From contig NMRA01000793.1 in the NCBI GenBank assembly GCA_002633005.1, positions 3,106 to 67,105 on the forward strand: a stretch of DNA of 64,000 nucleotides. The letters are read 5' to 3'. Under the pieces are notes generated by a model that searched no databases, was not told where the DNA came from, and saw only the letters and a program-made list of their open reading frames with translations. Below are positions 1 through 11,700 of the stretch, piece by piece (position 1 is the stretch's first letter; every line of letters starts with the position of its first letter). This DNA is from Phoronis australis (lineage: Eukaryota > Animalia > Phoronida). The position numbers and the translations under genes were made by a program.

Positions 1-2243
1 ATGAAAATCTATACATATAGAATCATTCTAACAACTGCTTTAGAGACTCTTCTTGATAAGGTTTGTGTCTCCAAACTGAATGAGTTATAAAAAGAAAAAA
101 ATAGAAGGTCTTCTTACATATGAAGAAGTCACACAATGCTTGAAAAAAATGAAAAACAACAAGAGCCCAGGCTCCGACGGTTTTTCAATGGAATTTTAAA
201 AATTTTTTAGGGGCTGACATTAGACATTTCGTTGTTCGCTCACTTAATACTGGTTTTGCAGATGGCCAGTTATCATCAACAAAAAGAGGGAGTTACTCAT
301 CTTACTGGTTCAATATTTCACGTGGCTGCAGACAAGGCGACCCTTTTGTCTCCATACATTCTCATATTGTGCGCGGAGATTTTGGCGTATTTAATTAAGA
401 ATACATATATTGCTGGTGTAGTTGCAGGAAATAAGGAATATTTGATTTCACAATATGCGGACGACACATGAATTATCTTTGATGGGTCGAATTTGTCATA
501 GACTACCACATTGAATGTACTTCATTTGTTTGCTAGTGTCTCCGGTCTCCAAGTGAATGTGGATAAAACAAAAGCCATATCGATTGGAAGTAAAACTGCT
601 AGTGATGACGTGATTCCTACAAAAGAAAGTCTGTCTTGGACAAAAAAATCTTTTAGATATTTGGGTTGGATTTTGAAACTCAAGTGGATAATATGACGCA
701 TAAGAACCTCACTGCAAGAATAACTGAGATCAAGCTTTTATTAAAAAATTGGAGTCGACGAAATTTAACGCCGTTTGGTAGAGTAACGGTAATTAAAATA
801 GTAGCTATTTCTAAACTTAATTTTTTTGTTGTCACGTTTACCAAATCCACCAGTAAAAGTCTTGGATGGATTTTTTTAGATTTGTATGGCAGGCTCGTAA
901 TGATAAAATTGAACGAACCACGGCCTGTTTAGGACTTGATCAATGGGGACTTCAAATGGTTAATATGCATACTTTCAGCAAAGTTTTAAAACTCGCTATG
1001 GCCAGTAGATATCTTGAAAGCCCAGCGTCTAAAAGTGATGAATTACTGTACTCCTTCTACCCGTTCTTAAAGAATTTTGCTTCATTTGGAGATGACTTTA
1101 TTAAGTCGAACTTAGCTCTAATTGGTAATTCCTACTGGCGCGAAGTATTTGGAAGTATGACATCTTTCTACAAGAAAATAATTGTTGCAAGTGAGGAGGA
1201 TTTTTTGAATCAACCTTTATGGTTTAATAGTAACTTGGCGATCGGGGGCACAAGTGTTTTTTATAAGCCTTGGTTTGTAAATGGCTTAAGATTTACTAGA
1301 GACATGTATACCTCTGATGGTGATTTCGTTAGTTTGAACCATATGAAAAATAAGTTCGATGTAAAAACCAACTTTGTAGAATATAATGGTGTTGTTTCCG
1401 TTCTAAGAAGGTTTCAAAAAAGTCTATGTCAAAGTGAATTTAAAAATGTTAATGTCTACGATCCTTGCATGCCTTTAGCAATCACTCACTTACGGAAAGA
1501 TTTGAAGGGTCGTAGACATATTTGTTCAGTTTTTAATGACGTTAAGAAACCTTCTAAGTCAGAGTGTAAATGGGAAATAGAGTTAGGGGATAGTTTAGAT
1601 TGGAAGAAAATATACGCATTGCCTGATGAAATTACAAAGGATCCCAACATTAGATGGTTTTAATTTAGAATACTACACAGGGTTATTGCAACAAATACCT
1701 TTTTAGTCAAAATCCGTGTTCGGGATTCTAATTTATCCTCCTTTTGTAATGAAGCTCCAGAGACGCTGTCACACCTTTTTGGGAATGTCGCATTGTACAA
1801 GATTTCTGGAAGGAATTCGGACAGCTAATGCAAAAGTGTCGCATTCAGCTTCCCAACAGTCTCTCTTACGATCGAGTTATGCTTAGATTTTACGAGACGC
1901 ATGATTCTATTTTTAACATTTTGCTTCTAATAGCCAAACAGAACATTTTCAAGTAGAGATGTCACAAAAACATACCTAAATGTCAAAGGTTTATTACATA
2001 TACTTATGAGCACAACAATGCTGAAAAATTAATTGCATACAAAAACTTTGTATACACGCATGACTGCTCCTCTGCGAAATGGGAAAATTACGTTGTTCAC
2101 GTTAACTACATGTAGAATTTATTTACTTTAAACGAGATGGTCTTACCTGAGGTGTGCATGCGTGAATGAATGGATGTTCTTATTTGTTTGTTTGTTTGTT
2201 TTTGTACTGTTTTATAAATGATAATAGATTCTTTAAAAAAAAA
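1..2243 (+). mobile_element. Degraded L1/Tx1-like non-LTR retrotransposon (ORF2 RT to 3' end), 5' part outside window or truncated
   Basis: KNNKSPGSDGFSMEF (~152-196), SRGCRQGDP (~318), QYADDT (454-468), GLQVNVDKTK, WSRRNLTPFGRVTVIK and the C-terminal FRILHRVIATN...ETLSHLF(W)EC region are spread over several frames with stops. Followed by (TTTG)n and an A-run at 2235-2243. RT subdomains between KSPG and GCRQGDP appear deleted. Confidence 0.85.
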
Positions 2244-2249
2244 TCCAAT

Positions 2250-3420
2250 AACGCAATTCTCATATCAGCGCTTTTTATTTCTTTTTTCCAAAAATATGAA
2301 TTATCTAATGTTTCAATCTGAGCCTGACTGAAAGTTTTCTCAACATAGTCCACAAATTTGATTTTTCAGTACAACATTTTGTTGCAAGTATTCTGTATAA
2401 TATTTTAAACTGCACTGTGATTAATTTTAACCAATCTGAATATGAAAAAAGGAACTGTAATTTTTCCAGTCATGTCTTGTTATGTTATACTCCTTTTCTT
2501 GGAGCATTCTTTGGGGAACAGGTACATAATTTTTTATACATTGACATACAGTTTAAAATCGGCCCATACATGCATATCCTCTTAACAACCTCTTTGTGTA
2601 ACGGTGTTCTTCCCAGAAACGACCTTATAGAATCAGACAGAGAACAATATTCCAGTAAATTAGGTGTAGGATTACGTTTGATGTCTTTAATCAGCAAGTA
2701 AGTAAAATTCAATGTTTTTGTCAAGTGTATCACTATAAAAAGAACAACAACCCTAACGAATTCGATTCAAAAACTTTTTGCCTACTTGTATTTTACTGTT
2801 ATTTCACAAATTGTTTGAGAGTAAATCATCTACATTTTCAGATCCAGTCTACTTATGCATTAAGACCAGATAGCCGAAACCTCGTTCCCAAAAGGAGTTG
2901 GTACTGCAGGCTTTGAACGTTATCGCTTTCAAAATGAGCAATACAATTTAATTGACATTACAGATCTCTGCCCAATATCAAACAACATCAACCATTTTAC
3001 ATTTTATGCAAACAATCTTTTTATTCTTCATATTTTATAGCCGTATTTAAAATGTTTCAGTTTCACTATTTTCACCACTATAACCTACGATTGTTTAAAA
3101 ACATCTCTCCTTGTTATTCCAAATGAATTTTGAACAAATGCATTCAATTCATTCATACCGATGTTAAATGCAGTGGGCAGTATTGTCGTTTAAAGAAATA
3201 ATTTTTGGCACAATTAAGATGGTAGGAGAAAAAAGAAAAAAATACATTTAACAGAATTATTTGAGACCAAACTTTAATAAGATTATGATTTCATCAAACT
3301 TCTCACTGTAGTTGATTGGAATCATTCTTTCGAAATATACGCTGAAGTTTATACCTTACATCTTTAAATCTAACATTCCCTATTCTGGTGTTCATTTGGC
3401 ACGATGGAAACATATGTTAA
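2250..3420 (-). mobile_element. Second degraded L1/Tx1-like LINE ORF2 fragment, minus strand
   Basis: The reverse complement gives GINFSVYFERMIPINYSEKFDEI (~3290-3350), TILIVPKII and QFKILYRILAT (~2380-2412). These are the same post-RT motifs as in the + strand element, with many stops. Confidence 0.6.
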
Positions 3421-3729
3421 GAATTTTTGCTGCCTCGCCATATAACATTTATTTTCACCAGTTTGCTCGTAAACCAGACATTTGCTCCGAGTTTCCATTC
3501 TACGCTGAGAGCCGTCCCAGAAAAAGTCATAACCATATTAAGTGAGTATACTGACTCATCACTTCCTGTTTGAATGCGTTTAAGATTAAATAAGACTTTG
3601 CTGACCAGTTTGCATATTTAGCCAAGTATCTCAAAGCCTAAATATTTTAATAAACCTAAGGTGTACTTTTTCTGAAAGCAGAAAGCGTGCAGAATTGATT
3701 GTGACGTTTTTCTAATCAACCATTACGTC

Positions 3730-4025
3730 CGTACTGTGACACAGGGAAAGTGGAAACAGAATTACACTTTCTTCTCGAACGTAATTTACATTGTTATAAT
3801 CTGATCTGCGTGTGCTCTTCTTACCGATAAGGTGGACGAGATAGTGTTCAGAATTTTTTTACAGCCTCATGATTTAACTGTCCTGTGAAAAGTTGCTTGA
3901 TATTTAATTAATGCGGGGAAACGTCGAAATGAGTTAATTGATATGAATTAATTTATGTTTGTAAAATCTTGTACTCTCTATGTATTTGTATTGTGGGCCT
4001 GAGGCCTGTTACATGAAATAAACCA
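3730..4025 (+). mobile_element. Possible 3' end of an L2/CR1/Daphne-like LINE
   Basis: CDTGKVETELH(F)LLER resembles the C-terminal zinc-knuckle tail of these LINEs and is followed by AATAAA near 4017-4022. Short and decayed. Confidence 0.3.
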
Positions 4026-7000
4026 TATAATTAATTGGGACATGCAGCGATGTTTTTTTAGTAAAATATTACACAAGGCAGGGTATATTGATCAAAACAA
4101 AGGTACCTAAATCATTAACGTGTCCATATTCCTTTTTATATAAATGTTTAAGAAGAAATCTCAAAAACATAGAAACAGTTTCCTAACTTATCATTCCGTT
4201 TTAATTGTATACAGCTTTTGCGCTTTTGAAAATCGTAAACGTCCTTTTTGATAACTCCTCTTTGAAAAGTGGAGCATTATAAAAACAGTTCCTTAAAACC
4301 ACGTGGAGAGATGTGCAGAAAACAGTGTATCTGAAAGTTCAACATGAATCTGATCAGCATTTCTGAGCTACGTATACGATGTTCCGCAATCGGCCAAATT
4401 GTTTATGGTGCTACATGACCTTAATACCACTGTTAAGGTAAAGAAACCTGTTTTGACCAAGTTCGTACTTAGAGATACTGTCTGACAAAATGTCATTTTT
4501 CTGCATATTAAAACGACGCATGGATGCTCTTAGTTTAGTCAGGGGCATTATCACCATCAAGCAAGTCCAGTACAGCCTCTCACTAGCTCATTTGTAAACA
4601 CACCACGCGCAATTTTAACTGGGTAATTTCCGGGAAACCAAACTTCACACTATAGGCAACATTTTTTCGTCTATGGAAGAAAAAGTGAAACGGTATGGCG
4701 AAGTTTACGAAGGCAAACTGTTGCATAACTTACATATCTTTTAAACACATTAAAACGCCTGCGTAAAGGCTTGTGCTGAAGACGTTCGCGAAGTTATCGG
4801 CGTTTTACCTGCCACAGAGGCTTTGAGAAAAACTTGAGTTTTTAGCCTGTTGAAATCCGGCCATGTGCAGTGTATTGCGATCAGTCCATTCAGTGCTGCA
4901 CTACAACAGCAGAAGGTGGTGTTTCGCAAGTAAGGGTGACCTTCTGTTCGTTGGAAACGTCAATGGCCCCCTTATTGATGTGTATCACAAGGCTAACTTG
5001 GACGTCCACACCACAAGTTCCTTACATTTCTGGCACTATTCTGGTCTCTGGAAGGTGCTGCAAAGGACGGAAAACGGTGCATTATACTGAAACCCTCCAG
5101 TATTTTCATAGACTCTCTTAGACTGATTTACACATTCGGTGGTGTTTCGTCTCTAGCTCAACGACTCTGGATTATTTGAGCTCGTAAACATGTTGATCAA
5201 TCATAAAAGTCCATTACATGTAGTGCGGCTGTGGATTTCTTTTTATTTAAAATGGCGATTCACCAATCTCTAGCAGATTTGCATCCCAGTGCAGCGACTG
5301 AGAAATCTTCTGAGATTTCAGGTACTTCTCAAACATTTCCGAACTGCTAAAGTCTGATCGAATGGCAGCTCCTTTGGACCACATTTGTGAAATCCGTAGT
5401 AAATTAGCTTTCGGAACCAAGTGTCGACTCATGCCGAGCATTGACATGGAAGTGGTAGTTTTTGGGCTGAAAAGTGCCATATTCATTATCAATCGCTTAA
5501 CAGAGATGAGTTTATTGGGAAGGAAGGGGAGCCGCGATGGAACTTCGGCACACCGGAATTTCCCTAAAAGGAAAGCAACCCATATTAATTAACATACTTG
5601 AAAAACATCAGCGTAAACTAAAATATCCTTGAGCCCACACCCACAGAACCTTGCTTGAGTTCGCTCTATAGTAAAACAGAAATACCATTAATGAATTGGA
5701 GCTAGAATTTGAATTTAAATATTAGTACCCGGGGCCTGGTACGTATATACATGTATATATCAGTTTCATTTAAAGGGAAATCAATATTAAATTGTTTACT
5801 GTTGCCGTAAAACTCTAGGCAATGAATGACAAGTCGATGGAACTTTGTGAAGCAGCGTTTTCATTGTACTGTGCCTGGTTGCAAACTCACTGCACTGCCA
5901 AATAGTTATAAATACTTCATTCGTTTAAATGTCTGGAAAATGAGCTGCAAGTAGTATTACATGTATCAGCGCAACTTTGCACGAGCTGTCGTCTTTTGTA
6001 CCGTCATCTCTGTTTAGTAGGTTAATTGGTCTGTTGCCGAGCATGTCAGTTGTCTTCAACAAGTCTTGACGGAACTTAGTGGGGAGATCTATGAGTTGCT
6101 TCTCGGCAACCTGGAGCCATGTCAGAAATTTGGTTTTGCGCTGCACAGTCACAAAGAATAATCAAGTCCCATATTACATTTAGCTAGATACAAATTCTAG
6201 GAGAAAACATCAACTTTTACTAGTCACTGAGATAATTTGCATAAGTTATTTCTGGTTGTAATGTTCTAATAATTACATGGGTAAATGGGTAAATCTTTAC
6301 TCAGTAATTGTGAAATAAAACTTAAGAACAAACTTCTGACTGAAGGTTTTAGTCACCCTCTGTGGAGCCACAGCAATTTCATTCGACCTGGTTAGCGAGA
6401 TTTTGGGTGACAGCTGCTTTCATACACCAGTGCTGTTGCGGCTTGTTTACACGTGTACACTTTACATTTCTCCACCGGAAGCTGGTTTGTTTCAACACAG
6501 TTGTATTGGGTGGCACTCAGTAGATTCATTAGCCACAATTAAATTCACATCCCCAAGGTGTTGTTAGTTGGGTAGTTCAGATTGAAAGAATGATAGCTGT
6601 TGGCCCACTGACCAACTTTTTGTTCAGTCGTGGCTTTTCTTAAACCTTAACTACTTGCAAGCGGGAAGGTGAAATTTAGCAGCATGCTAATAATTGCATG
6701 ATTACATTTGGCTGCTGGATGACTTGGTAATTGGCCAAATTATGTTGAACAAACAGCAGAATTAATGAGAAGAAGAATACTGAAAACATTGTTAAAAATC
6801 TAAGGTTGTAAAAGTCAATTTTCTTGTCCGGTTTTCCAAATTCAAAAACCTTACCATGTGTGCTTTTCACGAACTATATGCTAATAACAAGACATCAAAA
6901 AGAAACATTTGAAAAATACTATGGTCTCCCACAATGTGTTTGTGATTGGCCTGATTACAAAGAGAACAATAACACCAGCAACCTCTGACGTCCACAGACG

Positions 7001-7487
7001 ATGTAACTGCTAACAACTGCATGGTGTGTTTTAAGGGTACGGCGGATTTCGCGGTAAACTGTCTAGTCGCCCAAACTCGACCGGTGAGGCTGTCAGGTTG
7101 ACGTCCACCTTTTATCTAATTTCTACAATTTTGAAAAGTTTTGACAGTCGCAGTTCATAATCATCCCACATGCGAATTGTGCCTAGTGTTTTTTTCCCGT
7201 TCTGTGACTAGTGGGCTTCACTTACGAAAGTCGTAAAAGATGAACAATTAATTTCGGAATCAGTTTCATTGCACTTTGTGCGAGGTTTTGAAGTTTTTGG
7301 TCCAGCTGTTCAAAAACTCTGCAAAACAGAGCTTTTGAACTGCTTACAACTGGATTTTCAAGTCCAAAACTACAAACAACTGTTCATAGTCAACTTATTG
7401 TCTAATACAATCATCAGTGCTTAATTTACGTAAGCTTTAGTTTTATCCTGAGTCGTTTTTTCAGGCGTCGTTGTTAGAAGAGCAATA

Positions 7488-7632
7488 ATGCAATCAAAGA
7501 AGGGGTATTCTTATTTGAAAGGAAGTGAATACCAAGACGTCTCCAATGCCAACATTACTGTCAAAGCTCTCTGGAGGGGTTTCCAGGAGAACACATCGGG
7601 CCACGCTTTTAATAGGATTTACCTTACGCCAG
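7488..7632 (+). CDS. DEG/ENaC A exon 1 (N-terminus, pre-TM1)
   Basis: MQSKKGYSYLKGSEYQDVSNANITVKALWRGFQENTSGHAFNRIYLTP, donor GT at 7633. An acceptor-like tttttcag at 7457-7464 suggests an upstream exon, so the start codon is not certain. Confidence 0.85.
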
Positions 7633-8406
7633 GTGAAATCATATTTAATTTTTGAATGTGAATTTAACTCTTGGTTAACTATTGGCGATAATTTTCTTAA
7701 GTTCATTTTATAATTTTCTACGATGGTGTCAATTTTAAAATAATTACAGTTTAAGTTGAATGCTGTGTCATCTACAGTATAAAGTAATACCTTTCATGAC
7801 CGTGACCATAGGTTCTATGAAGAAGTTGGTCTGGATCCTGGTGTGTTTCGGTGGCTTTATCGCTTGGGGTATTCATACTACCACACTGCTCGTCCACTTC
7901 TTCCACTACCCCATCGCCGTCACAGTGCAAATTCATACAGCCTCCAATCTAAGTTACCCGGCTGTAACAGTGTGCAACCTGAACTCGGTTAGAAAGTCTA
8001 AGTTTCACAAGCTTGCAAACTTGACGGATATATATGCAGAGGCAGAGCAGAATGCAAAAAACGGAGGTAAGTTTTTAAAAGGGAGTGTGTGACGCAATGG
8101 GATGAAAACTGGGTCAGATATCCGTCTACAACTCAGTGGAAACTGAACGCAATTTTAGTAGTCACTAAAGTTTCTATTCGGTCAATGGACACAGCATGTC
8201 TAAAGATTGATAGGGCAATTGAATCCAAATTTATGGGTATGCCTAGGACTGGGCGTAGTAAATAAATGTCAAGCTTCCCCTTCACTACACAAAAGTTGAC
8301 AGAGAGGTGGCATATAATGTTCACTGTCATTCAAAATGTATGCCTACTTTAAATAGAATTGAGGAAATTAGAATTATAGTTGGACGAATTAGTGAAATAT
8401 ACACCC

Positions 8407-8437
<31 letters not shown>

Positions 8438-8679
8438 NNNNNNNNNNNNNNNNNNNNNNNNNNNNNNNNNNNNNNNNNNNNNNNNNNNNNNNNNNNNNNN
8501 NNNNNNNNNNNNNNNNNNNNNNNNNNNNNNNNNNNNNNNNNNNNNNNNNNNNNNNNNNNNNNNNNNNNNNNNNNNNNNNNNNNNNNNNNNNNNNNNNNNN
8601 NNNNNNNNNNNNNNNNNNNNNNNNNNNNNNNNNNNNNNNNNNNNNNNNNNNNNNNNNNNNNNNNNNNNNNNNNNNCTGT

Positions 8680-8718
<39 letters not shown>

Positions 8719-11700
8719 CACCCACGCTCACAAACACACTCATGTATATGGATGATGTGGAGACTGTAAAGTTAAAAATCTTCCAGGTAGAAGGGAAATC
8801 CATGCTGACTACGTAAATCGCTTAAGAGGAGCAATGGCGAATATCAACAAAGACGACAAACGCGAAGCAGGACACCAAATTGAGGACTTTATCGTCGACT
8901 GTTCATACAAACAATACGTCTGTCTTCTTAGGTAGCTATTGTAGATTTATTGCACCACGTTTTACCGATTCAGTGTCTCCCATCATATAGCTTAGGGCCC
9001 CACGAAAATTGATGACCTCGTCTTTCACGCAAGATACCAACGTTGTTAAACTAGATGCAACGAAAATGGTAATAACCAAGGGGAGGGTGGATGGCGATAA
9101 CTTTGAAGACAGTGGTGGCGGGTTCGGAAATTGTGTCGACAGTAGGCTATCCCGGAGTTTTTGCACCCTGTTCTCGAGAATCAGACCGTCGGGCGACCAG
9201 CAAGCCATGCTGGTAACAAGCTTTGCGAGAATAGCTATGCTCGTCAGAGGAATGCAAATAAAGTGATTAATTTAATATCAAATATTTCAATTGACAATTA
9301 CTGAGGAATATAATATTTATCAAGTGCAGTTATGTGTGTACCTGAACATGATATTTATAGTTACTGTATAGAAATACATCGTATTAGTAGTGTTCAACTG
9401 CACTGTGGCACTTACTAAACAACCTTAAGTCCTTGGCGCTCCCTTTATGAGGAAAGGTGGCGAGAATGGTTGGAATGAAGGGACAGGCGAGTTGCCACTG
9501 TGATCTCGCGTAGCATTCCAAGCAGTAGACAAAGCAAGCCTGTCACCTCCGTGACTTCTTCGAACCAGTACTTGTCCCCACTCTTAAATTTCAACACTGC
9601 CATCATCGAACTCTATGCACCAACGACAAAAGCTTTTCCCCAACGGAAACGATTACACTAGCACCGGAAGCACGCCGAGAAATGTGTTTCTATGGTACGC
9701 GGATGTTTCTTTTTAGAACGTTTGTAATGCACTCGTAATACAAGTGAAATGCCCTCATTCATACGAGTGCAGACATTTGTTCCTTCGCTGCCAGGTGGAT
9801 TCGAGCACAAGTCTTACGAGTTCATGCACGTGTTTTGGGGTGCTGCAACAGTAGTTTGTACAGCTCTTGTGAATTCGAAGTGTGACCGCTCAGTTTTGGT
9901 GAATGAGAACACTTATGTTGCACTCTTTTATACAGGGCACAGTAATGGCAGATTTCTTCACACTCGCTCAAGCAAGTGTATTTTTACTCGTTCTCGGCTG
10001 GCGGCGAAGGAACGAAGCTACAATGTGTGCACTCATCAGAGCGATCAGGGGGATCCAGGATTTTGAGTTATGGGGGGCCAGAGGAGAGTATAGTTCTAAT
10101 TCACGGGGCGGCCAATAAAATCCAAAGCGAGGCTCAATGCGATAAACAAAGCGGAAGTTGACATTGTGTGAGTTAAATGACTGGTCTTTCGAGTCCATTG
10201 ACTGTAATATTAAATCTTGAAAATGTGTCAACAACTAACCACAAAAACGTAGAAAATTACATTTGTAAAACAATTCAATGCACCAAAGAGTTGTCTGACG
10301 AAAGGGTTTAAGTTAGTTTTTCTGAAAAGTACGTTCCAAACATGACAGTAAATATGACCAAATTGCGGCGATCGTGTTATGGATTACGTAGGCTATACAT
10401 GTATTCTGAATGCGGGGTTACGTTTTTTCTTGTAAATTGTTGATAAAAATGCTTTCTACACAAACCGGGTCATCTGCTCGTATTTTTGACGAGATGAAGA
10501 TCAATTTGACAGTGAAGGCTCATCGCATTTTATTGTCATGTGCCAGTCACATTTGGTTGAGTTTATTGATCAAGAATATTAACAGCAAGCATAGCCTAGG
10601 TTCTGGTAGTGAGGTAGGGTCTACCGAGACTAACAGTTGGTTTGTCATTGATCTGCAAGAATGAGTGATGTTATTAAAACTGTTTTTATTAAAATAAGTA
10701 CCAGGCAGGTAATTGAAGCTGAAAATTATTTGACCATCAATTTTGCTTTCTTAGTTTTAATAATTCTTAGTGTATTTCATGTGTTAGGTTTCAAATATTA
10801 ATCGGGGCCAGTTTGAATTTTAAAATTAAACGTTCATCCAAAGCATTACATGAAAAAAATACTCATCTCGTTTTCGAGCTTAATTTCAATTAACTGGACA
10901 GAGCATGCAAAGTTGTGAATCATGTTTCTTCAGGGGCCTCATTCATCCGAGGGGAAAGGTACCTGTGCCTTCTGAGAGGGAATTTTTTCGCCGAGTGAGG
11001 GGGAAATTCTACTTCTCGATCATCATGCACCCCCGTCGTGTTGCAATCTCTCATAGGCTCCGACTCAAGTAGTATTTTGTGCTCTTTCAAATTTTTACCT
11101 GTGTTGTTAAAAGTAATTTGAATTTCGAGGGGATATTTTCAATCGCTTTAGGAGACTTTTTAGGCCTCTTGCGGGAATTTCGCGTGAGAGGGGAATGAGC
11201 CCTATACCAGGTTCCAAAATCGAGAAATTGAGGGCCCTCTCCTGTATTGGAACGAAATGCTTCTTGTTGTAACCCGTAGTCATGAAAACATAGCCTGGCT
11301 GGCCGAAGATTCTCCGGTCGTTGCTATGATTCTCGGCAACCGAAATGCAACAAAATGTGATCAAACATTCATCAAATTTACCCAGAAATATTCTCCTTCG
11401 TCGTGGCGTATGGACACGACCCTACGCCTTCGTATTTCAACGTCCTTACTAGGAATTGTAAAAAGACAGTTGAATGTCCTTTTTTCTATCCTTATCGCCA
11501 TTCGAGCAACGCGGAATACAACTATACCGATTTACCATTTAGCGGAGCTATCGTGGTGAGCCTCGCGCTTCTTGTCTGAGTGAATCAGGCGTATTAATCA
11601 GGATTTTGAAAATCAGACATTTGCACCCCCGAACTGCCAAATGGATTTTAGAGGGGTTCATGGCCCCCTTGCCCCCTTAAATCCGCCACTGGTGTGTGTA

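Noticed and set aside
866-1663. 265-aa ORF as a host gene
   Set aside because: It is a surviving segment of the frameshifted LINE ORF2.
8307-8816. Long ORFs around 8300-8800, or a hidden exon in the N gap
   Set aside because: The ORFs are artefacts of Ns and (CA)n. Exon 2 splices in phase to exon 3, and gap-free paralog B shows no extra exon.
10040-11691. Large MITE bounded by CAGGGGGATCCAGG and AAATCCGCCACTG
   Set aside because: The ends resemble common non-autonomous elements but match each other poorly; boundaries are not supportable.
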